Assembly (NCBI GenBank): GCA_049516615.1
Contig: JBEKSZ010000004.1
Location: 3,170-67,169 of the forward strand
Direction: 5' to 3'
Source of the DNA: Candidatus Acidiferrum sp.
Lineage (GTDB): Bacteria > Acidobacteriota > Terriglobia > Acidiferrales > UBA7541
Length of the DNA stretch: 64,000 nt
Positions 1 through 8,816 of this stretch are shown here, piece after piece; position 1 is the stretch's first letter, and each line of letters begins with the position of its first letter. The position numbers were made by a program, and so were the translations under genes. The notes beneath the pieces are model-generated. The model searched no databases. It was not told where the DNA came from and saw nothing but the letters and a program-made list of their open reading frames with translations.

Positions 1-512
1 ATCACCGGCTGCGGATGCTGCGTGCGCCACCAGCGAATGGAGCCAAACACCAGCGGCACGTCGATGAACGCGAAAATTCCAAACAAGGCGCTGAGCAGCG
101 CTCGCCGGTCGGGTTCTTCAATCAGCGTGCGCAACAGAAGATACGCGACATAGAGCAGCCACAACACCGCTGTCGAGGTCAGCCGTGCGTCCCACGTCCA
201 CCAAATGCCCCACACCGGCTTAGCCCAGATTGGCCCGGTAATCAGGCAAACGGTGGTGAAAGCCAAACCCACTTCCGCCGCTGCGATGCCCATCCAATCC
301 CATTTCGGTTGGCGCTTGAAGACATAAGCAAGATTCGCAATGAAGCAAATAAAAAAGGACACCAGCCCGGTCTCGGCGCTGGGCACGTGAAGGAAAATAA
401 TGCGGTACACCACGCCCTGCCGTGAATCCGTCGGGGCGATAAAAAATGCCGCATAGGCCGCGGCCGCGAGCAACACCACCACCACTGCCGCGCCGAGCGA
501 GCTTTTCTTCAT
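1..512 (-). CDS. ccmC: Cytochrome c biogenesis heme chaperone-loading protein CcmC (runs off the window edge)
   Basis: Not in the ORF track. Manual translation from ATG 512 gives MKKSSLGAAVVV...IIFLHVP...GPIWAKPVWGIWWTWDARLTS (WWD motif), directly downstream of ccmB. Confidence 0.92.
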   Translation of the reverse strand, partial: MKKSSLGAAVVVVLLAAAAYAAFFIAPTDSRQGVVYRIIFLHVPSAETGLVSFFICFIANLAYVFKRQPKWDWMGIAAAEVGLAFTTVCLITGPIWAKPVWGIWWTWDARLTSTAVLWLLYVAYLLLRTLIEEPDRRALLSALFGIFAFIDVPLVFGSIRWWRTQHPQPV

Positions 513-516
513 GCTG

Positions 517-1191
517 CTATTCCTCCAAAAGATATTCGCCGAAAAGCCATAGCGCCGTCAAAAAAACCAGGTCAAAGACCGCCAGAAAGCCGACACCCTT
601 CCACTCTACGAAAGGCTCGACCTCGAGCAGTCCCGCGGTAACCTGTGTGCTAGCCACCAGAACGGGCGTCAGCAGCGGCAGCAGCAGCAGCGGCAGCAAC
701 AACTCGCGCATACGCGCCTGCGCAGAGATTGCCGATAACGCCGTGCCCGCAATGGCAACGCCCAGGCTGCCTAGAAAAAACACCAGCAACAATTGTCCAA
801 AAACCGGGAGCACCGGCACGTTGTACAAAACCGCGAACACCGGAAGCATCAGCAGCTCGGTGAGCAGCAGGAACAGCGTGTTGGCCAGGAGCTTCGCCAG
901 CAGAATCGCGAAGGGGTCGCTTACCGCCAGCCGGAGCGCGCTCAGCGTGTCGTTGGTCTGCTCTCGCAAAAAACAGGGCTGCAGCATCAGTGATGCCGCA
1001 AACAAAAACGCCAGCCACAACAGTCCCCCACCGAAGCGCCGCGTGTCCGATGATGAAGGATCAAACGTAAAACTGAACAACACAATGACCATCAAAATAA
1101 AAACCACGGTGGTCATCAGCAATTCGCGCGAACGAAACTCCGTCCGCAATTCTTTGCCGAGCAGCACCCCGGTATTGGCAACCAGGCTCAT
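517..1191 (-). CDS. ccmB: Heme exporter protein CcmB
   Basis: 224 aa hydrophobic protein, KELRTEFRSRE start and RELLLPLLLLPL motif, between ccmA and ccmC. Confidence 0.92.
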   Translation of the reverse strand: MSLVANTGVLLGKELRTEFRSRELLMTTVVFILMVIVLFSFTFDPSSSDTRRFGGGLLWLAFLFAASLMLQPCFLREQTNDTLSALRLAVSDPFAILLAKLLANTLFLLLTELLMLPVFAVLYNVPVLPVFGQLLLVFFLGSLGVAIAGTALSAISAQARMRELLLPLLLLPLLTPVLVASTQVTAGLLEVEPFVEWKGVGFLAVFDLVFLTALWLFGEYLLEE

Positions 1192-1902
1192 TCACCCGCC
1201 CGCAAACGCCAGAATGGAGCGCATTCCTGCGTCCTCGCGCGTATCCGCGATGACGGACCCGGCATCCAGGCGCACCGCCCGCGTGGCCAGAGCGGAGATG
1301 GCCGATTCCCCGTGCAAGCTCATCAAGAGCGTGCACCCGGCATTGTGCAGCTTCCGCAGTGTGGCGGCCAGCCACGCTACACCTTCGGGGTCCAGTCCCG
1401 TGGCGGGTTCGTCGAGCAATAAAATGTCGGGCTGCTGCAACAGCGCACGCGCGATGGCTACGCGCTGCCGCATGCCGCGCGAAAACGTGCGCACCAGCGA
1501 CGTGCGCCTCTCGATGAGCCCGACTTCCTGCAATAATTTCTCGACCAGCGCAACTGGGGCCACAATTCCCTGCAATCGCGCGAACAGCATCAAATTTTCT
1601 TCGGCGGTCAATTCGTCGTACACCATGGTGGCGTGGGCCACAAATCCGGTGCACGGATTTGTCTCAAGGGGTTGCCCGTTCACCGTGAAATGCACTTGGC
1701 CGGATGACGGCCGCGCCAATCGCGCGGCAATTCGCAACAGGGTGGTTTTCCCGGAACCGTTGCGCCCGGCCAGCGCGACGCACTCGCCCGCGGCAACGTC
1801 CAGCGACACGCGGCGCAACGCAAGTAACCCGCCGTATCGCTTTTCTATTTTTTCAAACCGAAGCCCGGACGGAAGCAGTTGTGGAGGATCCGTGACAGTC
1901 AA
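1192..1902 (-). CDS. ccmA: Heme ABC exporter ATP-binding protein CcmA
   Basis: Walker A GRNGSGKT, signature FSRGMRQR, Walker B LLLDEP; adjacent to ccmB. Confidence 0.92.
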   Translation of the reverse strand: MTVTDPPQLLPSGLRFEKIEKRYGGLLALRRVSLDVAAGECVALAGRNGSGKTTLLRIAARLARPSSGQVHFTVNGQPLETNPCTGFVAHATMVYDELTAEENLMLFARLQGIVAPVALVEKLLQEVGLIERRTSLVRTFSRGMRQRVAIARALLQQPDILLLDEPATGLDPEGVAWLAATLRKLHNAGCTLLMSLHGESAISALATRAVRLDAGSVIADTREDAGMRSILAFAGG

Positions 1903-1905
1903 GCT

Positions 1906-3213
1906 TCAGCCTCGCACCAGGTCGCGCAGCACCTTTTGCGCGCGCGCGCGTTCCGCGGCGTACTCTTCGTCAGAGATCGTTCCGGCCTCGTGGCGCAATT
2001 CCAGCTTAAACAACTTTTCCTTTAGCCCGTCCAGGCTGTTCCCTACCTCCGCGTCGACAGTCGCCATGGTAGGGGCCGCTGTCGTGGCTGGAGTACTGCT
2101 GCGGGCAGCGGGTGATGCCAGATTCCTGGCGGGCACGGGCGCAGCAGCGGGATCGCTGGACAGCGCGGTTACAGCTACCGGCTTGCGCGCCAGCAGCACA
2201 GCTCCAAGCACAAACAGTACGGCGAAGCCCACCATCAGGGGCAATTTGAGCACGTCCAGCCGGCCGGGTACCTGTTGAATGGCCGCGCCCGCCGCCGGCT
2301 CGCTCGAACGCGCGTCCGCCGCTTCTTGGGGCGTCTCGCCCCCGCTGCCAGCTTCCTGTGGCGGGGGCGCCGTTCCAGAAACATTGACGGCCAGCACCGT
2401 TCCAGCCGCCACATTTTCTCGGCCGTAAATATTCATGCCCTGTTCCTGTCCGCCCAGTTGCAATTCTGCGCCGCTAATCTGCATGGTTGGCGGTGCTACT
2501 ACCAGCAATCGCGCGGTCTGAGCCGGTACCGGAACATTCACCACTGCGGAATTGTTGGGGTACGGAAGTTCGTAGGAATAGCGGACCGTGCTCGCGCCGG
2601 GGCGAAAGGCGTAGGCGATCGCAAAATGATTGTCTTTCTTTTCAATCGGCGCCTGCACGACGGGCATACCCGCCGGACCAGCAGCCGCCACCTGCTGCAG
2701 CTTGGCACCATTCGGCAGGGCAAACTCGAAGTTGCCGTCGGCGCGGAAATAGGCCTGCGGCGGCGCGGAATTATTCTGGACCGAATATTCTTCCCCGACG
2801 ATCAGGGTCGCCCCGTTCGGCTGAAAAAATACCACGCGCGAAGGAATGCTGATGGTCTTGGGGTCTTTTGAGGGCTCGAATACCTGGATCTCGACGCTGG
2901 TCTTACCCGGCGGCACCGGCTCGTGGAAGTTTATGCCGTTGAAAACCGCTCGCACCAGCATCGGAGCCGTGCCCAGCGTGGGATGTTCAAAGGAAAAATG
3001 CCCCTGCGCGTCGGTCTTGGTGTTGGCCACAGGCTGCATGCCGCCCTGCAACTGAATCAGGATGATCTCGATACCGCCCGCGGGTTTGCCGGTGGTTCCG
3101 TTTTTGGCCACGCCCGTCAAGGTTCCGGCAACCGCGGCAAATGGCAGAAACAGCAGAGCAGTCAGCGCCGCCGTCCAGAAGAGCGCAAATCGCGCAGGAA
3201 GTCGCGTGCTCAC
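1906..3213 (-). CDS. Exported/membrane protein: signal peptide, carboxypeptidase-regulatory-like beta domain, TM helix, C-terminal short helical (SHOCT/CcmI-like) motif
   Basis: 435 aa ORF: signal peptide ...FAAVA-G, TLTGVAKNGTTGKP...TKTDAQGHFSF, TM LPLMVGFAVLFVLGAVLLA, tail LELRHEAGTISDEEY. Lies inside the ccm operon. Confidence 0.75.
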   Translation of the reverse strand: MSTRLPARFALFWTAALTALLFLPFAAVAGTLTGVAKNGTTGKPAGGIEIILIQLQGGMQPVANTKTDAQGHFSFEHPTLGTAPMLVRAVFNGINFHEPVPPGKTSVEIQVFEPSKDPKTISIPSRVVFFQPNGATLIVGEEYSVQNNSAPPQAYFRADGNFEFALPNGAKLQQVAAAGPAGMPVVQAPIEKKDNHFAIAYAFRPGASTVRYSYELPYPNNSAVVNVPVPAQTARLLVVAPPTMQISGAELQLGGQEQGMNIYGRENVAAGTVLAVNVSGTAPPPQEAGSGGETPQEAADARSSEPAAGAAIQQVPGRLDVLKLPLMVGFAVLFVLGAVLLARKPVAVTALSSDPAAAPVPARNLASPAARSSTPATTAAPTMATVDAEVGNSLDGLKEKLFKLELRHEAGTISDEEYAAERARAQKVLRDLVRG

Positions 3214-3605
3214 GACTTGCTCCCCGCTGCAGGAGACGGTCGCGGCCCGCGCGGGCGGCGCGTCTGCGCCTCGGTCACCTGGTCGATCTCTGCCAGAATC
3301 ATGGCCGCTTCGTTCTCAATGGAATCTTTCATTGCCTCATAGTCGCCTTCAGAATATTTTCCCGCGCGATATTCAAAACGCAGGTCGCGCAGATTGTCGT
3401 AGATGGTGTCGCGGCGTTCCAGCAATTGATCGAGTTTGGTGCGATGCGGAGCCAGGTCCGAAGCGTCCGGCTGAATGTAAAAAATAAAAAGCAAGGTAGC
3501 CGCGGCGAGAGCAAAACAAGCACCCAGCACTGGCCAATCGCCACGCGCCACGCCGGTTGTCGAGGCGGCAGTCTCTAGCGCGGCGAAAACGACCATGGCA
3601 AACAT
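3210..3605 (-). CDS. Small membrane protein with CcmI N-terminal-like motif
   Basis: ATG 3605 overlaps the ccmH stop (TGATG). TM helix followed by LLERRDTIYDNLRDLRFEYRAGKYSEGDY. The longer ORF-track start overlaps ccmH and is unlikely. Confidence 0.75.
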   Translation of the reverse strand: MFAMVVFAALETAASTTGVARGDWPVLGACFALAAATLLFIFYIQPDASDLAPHRTKLDQLLERRDTIYDNLRDLRFEYRAGKYSEGDYEAMKDSIENEAAMILAEIDQVTEAQTRRPRGPRPSPAAGSKS

Positions 3606-4114
3606 CAATCCTGCGTCTCTCGCGAGGCCTGTGCACGAGCGCGCGCCAACATCTCGGGCGAAATGCCGGCACTCGGCGGGGGAGGTCCGCTCGTGGTTGC
3701 CGGCCGTTTGCGCCAGCGGGAAATGACGAAAACCACCAGAAACAAGCCGGCCAGTAGCGTCGTCGCGGGAAGATACCAAGCCACCAAATTCAATCCGGAC
3801 TTGGGGGGCTCGGACAAAACTGCGGTACCGAACGCCGCCACGAAGTCCTGAATGATGGTGGTTTCTGAATCGCCCCTGGCCACGCCCTGGTCCAAGGTTT
3901 TGAGCATCCCCGCGGAATTGCGGCAGCCCACGTGATTGCACTGCGTCAAAATCTGCTTGCAATCGCACAGCGGTGTACCGACGCCGCACAAAAGCTTGCC
4001 GCCGATCTCCTTGGCCTTGTCCGTCTGCTGCGCGCGCAGCGTGGCCGCTATCATCCCCGTGGTCAACAGCAAGCACAGAATCGTCCAGGGAAAGCGCGTG
4101 CCCGCTTTAATCAT
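3605..4114 (-). CDS. ccmH: Cytochrome c-type biogenesis protein CcmH (Cys-rich variant)
   Basis: Signal peptide, LLCGVGTPLCDCKQILTQCNHVGC, FVAAFGTAVLSEPP..G.N.VAW.LP then a TM helix; follows ccmF. Confidence 0.85.
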   Translation of the reverse strand: MIKAGTRFPWTILCLLLTTGMIAATLRAQQTDKAKEIGGKLLCGVGTPLCDCKQILTQCNHVGCRNSAGMLKTLDQGVARGDSETTIIQDFVAAFGTAVLSEPPKSGLNLVAWYLPATTLLAGLFLVVFVISRWRKRPATTSGPPPPSAGISPEMLARARAQASRETQD

Positions 4115-6179
4115 GACCCTCTCGCATTGCCGGGGTGGGACGAAGCGGCTGTGTTAACTGCTGCCCGCCAAGGGCCTGGGGCGCAGGCTGCTGCGCGGCC
4201 GAGAGCACCAGCACGGACTTGCGATTCGGCAGCAGCGCCACCAAAGTGCCCAGCACCACCACCGCGCCGCCAAACCAGATCCACTTCACGAGCGGGTTCA
4301 GGTACGCGTGAATCACCGGCACCTGGGTCTCCGGACTTTCTCCCGCATACACCACGTACAAATCTTCCTTCAGCGTGGAATAGATCGCCACCATCGTGCC
4401 GGAGGGCTGATCGGTCGTGAAGCGCCGGCGCTCCGGATACATCATCATCAACGCTTTGCCGCCGCGCATCACTTCGATGTTCATGCGCTCTGCGGTGTAA
4501 TTTTTTTCCGGCTTGCTGTCGGTGCCCTGCAGCAGCAGTGTGTACTGCCCGATTTGCAGCGTCTGCCCGGGCTGCATATCTTTCTGCACGTCTTTATTAA
4601 ATGCCACGCCCGCGAACCCGACGAAAATCAGCACCATACCCATGTGCACGATGTAGCCGCCATAGCGCCGCGTATTGCGCATGGTCAGATCCACTCCCGA
4701 AGCCAGGAACGACGCGCCCGAACGGGCGCGAATTACCTTAGCTCCGCGATAAAACTCCATGGTGATGGTCGCCGCCACGAAGGCACACAGTGTTAGGCAG
4801 ACCAGGGAATAAAATTGCCGGTAGCCCAGCGCGAACGCCAGCACGCCGCCCAGCACACCAACCGCCAGGGGCCACGCGAAATTGCGCTTCATGCTTTCCG
4901 CGGAGGTTTTCCGCCAGGCCAGCAGCGGACCTACGCCGGTCAAAAACAGCAGCAGCAACCCGATGGGGATGTTCACCTTGTTGAAGAAGGGAGCGCCGAC
5001 GCTGATCCGCGAACTCGACAGCCACTCGGAGAAGACGGGGAAAAGCGTGCCGGAAAGGACCGCAATGCAGGAAACGAGCAAAATCAAGTTGTTGAACAGA
5101 AAGCTGGACTCGCGCGAAACGATGGCGTCGAGTTGGTTCTCGCTGTTCAGATAATCGCTGTTCTTCCAGTAGGCAACGAAGCACACCGCCAAGATAAGAA
5201 AGATGAATCCGAGGAACCAGTTGCCGATACTGGACTGCGCAAAGGCGTGCACCGAAGCCACGACCCCGCTACGCGTCAGAAACGTCCCGGTGATGCACAG
5301 CAGGAAGGTGGTGAACACCAGCCACACGTTCCATACCTTCATCATGCCGCGCTTTTCCTGCATCATCACCGAGTGCAGAAACGCCGTACCCGTCAGCCAG
5401 GGCAACAAGGACGCATTTTCAACGGGATCCCATGCCCAATACCCCCCCCAACCGAGCACCGCGTAGGCCCAGTGCGCGCCCAGCAAAATCCCGCAGGACT
5501 GAAAGCCCCAGGCGATCATGGTCCACTTGCGCGTCAGGTGAATCCATTTTTCGCCGGGATAGCGTGCCAGCAGAGCCCCCAGGGCAAAGGCAAACGGAAT
5601 GGTGAACCCGGTGTAACCCGCATAGAGGTTCGGCGGGTGAATCACCATTTCGGGATACTGCAGCAATCCATTGAGTCCGTTGCCATCCGGGCGGATCACC
5701 AGTTTCATCGCCCCGCCGACTCCGGGCACCGCTAGCGCCTTAAACGGGCTGGCTACGAAATCGTTCAGGGTCAGAAAGAAGATCTGCACTCCGGCCAGCA
5801 CCACGCCAACATAAGGCATCAATTCGCCGTTCTTGTTGCGGTAGGCCATCAGCGCGGAAAAAACATAAATCGCCAGAAGAAAGCTCCAAAATAACAAGGA
5901 GCCTTCCTGTCCGGCCCATAACGCGCCTATTTTGTAGAAAGGAGAAAGATCGCGATTGCTGTGCGCCACCACATAGGCCACGGAAAAGTCATCGCTGAAG
6001 AAAAGATATTCGAGGCTGAGCGTTCCGAGGAAAATCAAAACGCACGTTGCAATGCCTGCCTGCCGCGTGCTCTTCACCAGCAGAGGATGCCGCGTGCGAA
6101 TGGCAAAAATCCCGCCGATAAACGCGTAGACGGCACAGATAAACGCCAGGATTAAAGCGAATGAACCGAAAAGATCCAC
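4107..6179 (-). CDS. ccmF: Heme lyase CcmF/NrfE family subunit
   Basis: 690 aa; LWAGQEGSLLFW, IHPP, WAYAVLGWGGYWAWDPVENASL, SVHAFA motifs. Confidence 0.96.
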   Translation of the reverse strand: MDLFGSFALILAFICAVYAFIGGIFAIRTRHPLLVKSTRQAGIATCVLIFLGTLSLEYLFFSDDFSVAYVVAHSNRDLSPFYKIGALWAGQEGSLLFWSFLLAIYVFSALMAYRNKNGELMPYVGVVLAGVQIFFLTLNDFVASPFKALAVPGVGGAMKLVIRPDGNGLNGLLQYPEMVIHPPNLYAGYTGFTIPFAFALGALLARYPGEKWIHLTRKWTMIAWGFQSCGILLGAHWAYAVLGWGGYWAWDPVENASLLPWLTGTAFLHSVMMQEKRGMMKVWNVWLVFTTFLLCITGTFLTRSGVVASVHAFAQSSIGNWFLGFIFLILAVCFVAYWKNSDYLNSENQLDAIVSRESSFLFNNLILLVSCIAVLSGTLFPVFSEWLSSSRISVGAPFFNKVNIPIGLLLLFLTGVGPLLAWRKTSAESMKRNFAWPLAVGVLGGVLAFALGYRQFYSLVCLTLCAFVAATITMEFYRGAKVIRARSGASFLASGVDLTMRNTRRYGGYIVHMGMVLIFVGFAGVAFNKDVQKDMQPGQTLQIGQYTLLLQGTDSKPEKNYTAERMNIEVMRGGKALMMMYPERRRFTTDQPSGTMVAIYSTLKEDLYVVYAGESPETQVPVIHAYLNPLVKWIWFGGAVVVLGTLVALLPNRKSVLVLSAAQQPAPQALGGQQLTQPLRPTPAMREGHD

Positions 6180-6238
6180 CAGCGACCAACCTCTCCCGAG
6201 CCACCACCGGTCAACCGTCGCAATTACATGGCGCCCGG

Positions 6239-6673
6239 TTACATGCTGCTGCGTTGCGTCGAAGCCGCCGGCGCCACAGTTCCGCCCGGCGCGGATTCAT
6301 ACTTGGAAGCGCACTTGGCTTGCACGCGTTCCGCAACGAATCGCCCGTCGGGTGCCAAGCTGCCCTCGACAAGCGCTTGCGACTTGTCCACAAACGTATC
6401 CGGCAACGGATCGCTTCCCGTGTAACTTACAGGCAAAGTCTTGCCTTCGCCCTCTAGCACAAAATCCACACGCCCGGATAGCCGGCGAATCGTTCCCGGT
6501 TCTACCGTGCCGCCCACACGCATGCGGTGCGCCGCAGCCGCTCCGCGCAATGCGGGCAGCTCCGCGATGGTGTGGTAGTACGTCTTGCTCTCGCCGTATC
6601 CCAGCCAAGCCAGGAACATTAGCGACACCACGATCACCCCGATGCCTATGCCGAACTTTGCTCGTTTTTGCAC
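6239..6673 (-). CDS. ccmE: Heme chaperone CcmE, CxxxY type
   Basis: GTG 6673 start, N-terminal TM, RMRVGGTV.PG, LPDTF, C-terminal AKCASKYE. Confidence 0.9.
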   Translation of the reverse strand: MQKRAKFGIGIGVIVVSLMFLAWLGYGESKTYYHTIAELPALRGAAAAHRMRVGGTVEPGTIRRLSGRVDFVLEGEGKTLPVSYTGSDPLPDTFVDKSQALVEGSLAPDGRFVAERVQAKCASKYESAPGGTVAPAASTQRSSM

Positions 6674-6797
6674 GCCGGAACTCCCGCCATTTCCCTCGCG
6701 TATAACGGAAAGTCTACCACACCTGCCGAGCACAGGTTGCCAGCCAAAAACGGACCAAACCGCCAGAGGGGGGCTTGGCCGCTCGCACGGCCGGGCC

Positions 6798-7382
6798 TCA
6801 GCGCGCGACCGCAGCCGGCGACAGCTGGAGACGCAAGCGTTCGAGGGCGTCGCCCGTTTCATTCAGTTTGAAGGCTTTGCCGCCATCGAGAAGTACGTCA
6901 CAGGCGAGAGCTTCGGGGGTGAATTTTTCAAGCAGCGTGTCGAGCTCGGGAGAAATCAGCGCCACGCGTTTCGGCCTGAGCGACCGGCGGATACGCTTCA
7001 GCGTCGTCGGAACGCGCCCGGCCAACAGTTGGGCCAGCGCCTCTTTGCCGGGATTTCCTTCGAAGGGACAATCCAGCAGATAGCCCACAAAAATTCCTGT
7101 TCGCTGCAATTCGTGGTGGATCGCGTCCGCAGGCTTCCCCGCTCCGGCTATGCCGGCCACGCGCAACACCCTGGCCGCTTCTCCGGCAAACTCATGGGCA
7201 GCCGCGTAAATGAAATCGGCTTCATCGACGGGCGCTACTGCTCCGAGCAACAGTGTCTGAATGTGCAGCGGGCGCCAGCGCGTAGCCCACTCGAGGCGGC
7301 GAACCCTGGCCGCCAAATGCTCTGCCGAGGCCGCTTGCCCGCACCCATCGCAAATTAAGCTGTGCTTCGAATTCACGGTCAT
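6798..7382 (-). CDS. Hypothetical protein with N-terminal CxxC, possibly uracil-DNA glycosylase-like fold
   Basis: About 194 aa with CDGC and WRPLHIQTLLLGAVAP...FIY and GIFVGYLLDCP segments. A TACATT -10-like box lies 8 nt before ATG 7382. Confidence 0.65.
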   Translation of the reverse strand: MTVNSKHSLICDGCGQAASAEHLAARVRRLEWATRWRPLHIQTLLLGAVAPVDEADFIYAAAHEFAGEAARVLRVAGIAGAGKPADAIHHELQRTGIFVGYLLDCPFEGNPGKEALAQLLAGRVPTTLKRIRRSLRPKRVALISPELDTLLEKFTPEALACDVLLDGGKAFKLNETGDALERLRLQLSPAAVAR

Positions 7383-7691
7383 CAAGTCTCAATGTAGTGC
7401 AGGCGCCCGCACAGTGCAATCTCTGCGTGCCGCGCAGCTCGCGGGCAGCATATTTGGAAGGGAAATTGTCACCAGACTTGCGCGGTGGCCGTCGCGAGCC
7501 CGGGGATGAAGATGGCTTTAGAGCGTCAGGCGCCACCGCGCGGTGATACTCGTGACTGCGCGCAGAAACCCCGCCTGCGGCAGAAAGTTGCGCGCTCGAT
7601 AGCCAAGGTCTCAAAAAGATCGCGGGCCGGGGAGATCGGGGTCCCAGATGGCCGCGGAATTTGCGAAGCCCTGATCCTCGGATGTCAATAG

Positions 7692-8012
7692 TTAGGAAGA
7701 AACCGGCAAATCCGAAGGCAGCTTGGCCCGCAGGCACCAGCGCAACTCCTGGCTCAGCTCGGAAATTTCCATGCCGGGCATGACGATAAATTTGCAGCTC
7801 AGCATTTCGCGTGGCTCGTCGTCGTCGGGCAACTGGCAGGTCACCCGGCAGTACTGACACTCCTGATTCCAGCAAAAGCGCCCGTAAGGAATGGTTTCCG
7901 GACTGACGAACTGGAAACAGCGCAGCAGCGAATTGCGCTCCGGCACGTGGAACTTTTTACCGTAGATGGTAATCTCCACGAGTTTTTCGTATGGGCGAAA
8001 CGGTTCCGACAT
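7692..8012 (-). CDS. Small 2Fe-2S ferredoxin-like protein
   Basis: ATG 8012 preceded by GAGGA; VEITIYGKKFHVPE beta-grasp-like start; C-x4-C-x2-C (CWNQECQYC) plus a distal LSC. Confidence 0.75.
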   Translation of the reverse strand: MSEPFRPYEKLVEITIYGKKFHVPERNSLLRCFQFVSPETIPYGRFCWNQECQYCRVTCQLPDDDEPREMLSCKFIVMPGMEISELSQELRWCLRAKLPSDLPVSS

Positions 8013-8277
8013 GATGACCGCTTTCCTCTGCGTTCCCGCCGCACATCGAATCGCGGTCGCGCTGATGGATACCTGCACACGCCTGCTTTATCAGGTGCTG
8101 TACCAGAATAGACGGCCCCCTCAGGCACAACAACGCTTGCGGCGTTAGAGCGTGGCGAATGTGCCACGGGGTGTCGCGGGCCTTTCCGGCGTCCTGCGAC
8201 GCCGCGCCGCGTTCAGCAAAAGGTAAGGCCGGGAACAAGGCATTCTGAAACCTCGCAGCCGGAAGCGCGATTTGTTC

Positions 8278-8786
8278 TCATCCGATGGCCCGGTCTTGGC
8301 TCATCCAGTCGCGAGCATTGCGAAGCCGAATCCCGCTGACATGCAGCGACGTCTGCCAGAGCTTCCTTAAAGAAACCAGGCTTTCGCTGACGCGCAGTTC
8401 GACACCCTGTTCGCGCACATCAGCCATAAGATCGTGCCGCGTCTCGACTTGGAGCGGGACGATGGGCACCTTGGAGACCCACATGCCGACGTCCTCAAGA
8501 CTCATGAATTCTCCGTTCGGCAGCTCATAACGATAGGGCGCCCCCCCCTGCAGGCGATCGAGCCATGACCATTCTATGTGCAGGATTCATCCGGCACGAT
8601 CGCTCACCCCACCATCGCTCATAGTCTTCAGGGGAGCAGATACATGGCCTGGTGGAGTTCATCGATGGCCCAAACGAGCGGCCCATTCAGCCATTCGCGT
8701 CCGGGCGGTCTCTCTGCTGGGACCCGAACCGGACGCGGCACGAAGCCTTCGATGTTGGGGTCGTCGCTAAAGTGAGAGAGCCTCAC
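8278..8786 (-). pseudogene. Disrupted DUF6886-like gene
   Basis: GTG 8786 reads MRLSHFSDDPNIEGFVPRP...LVWAIDELHQAMYLLP then an in-frame TGA (8628-8630). Protein-like sequence resumes in shifted frames (PEDYERWWGERSCRM; ILHIEWSWLDRL...YRYELP...SGIRLRNA). Family name from recollection. Confidence 0.75.
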
Positions 8787-8816
8787 AGATGTCGCAGGTA
8801 CCCGGCATGCCAGGCT

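Noticed and set aside
670-700. CAG/CGG triplet run
   Set aside because: Encodes the normal LLLPLLLLPLL segment of CcmB; not a repeat array.
446-2278. 610-aa plus-strand ORF and similar long ORFs (e.g. 21907-23526, 32102-34291, 35679-37829, 47621-49258, 61337-62866)
   Set aside because: Antisense or off-frame shadows of well-supported genes in GC-rich DNA; no recognisable motifs.
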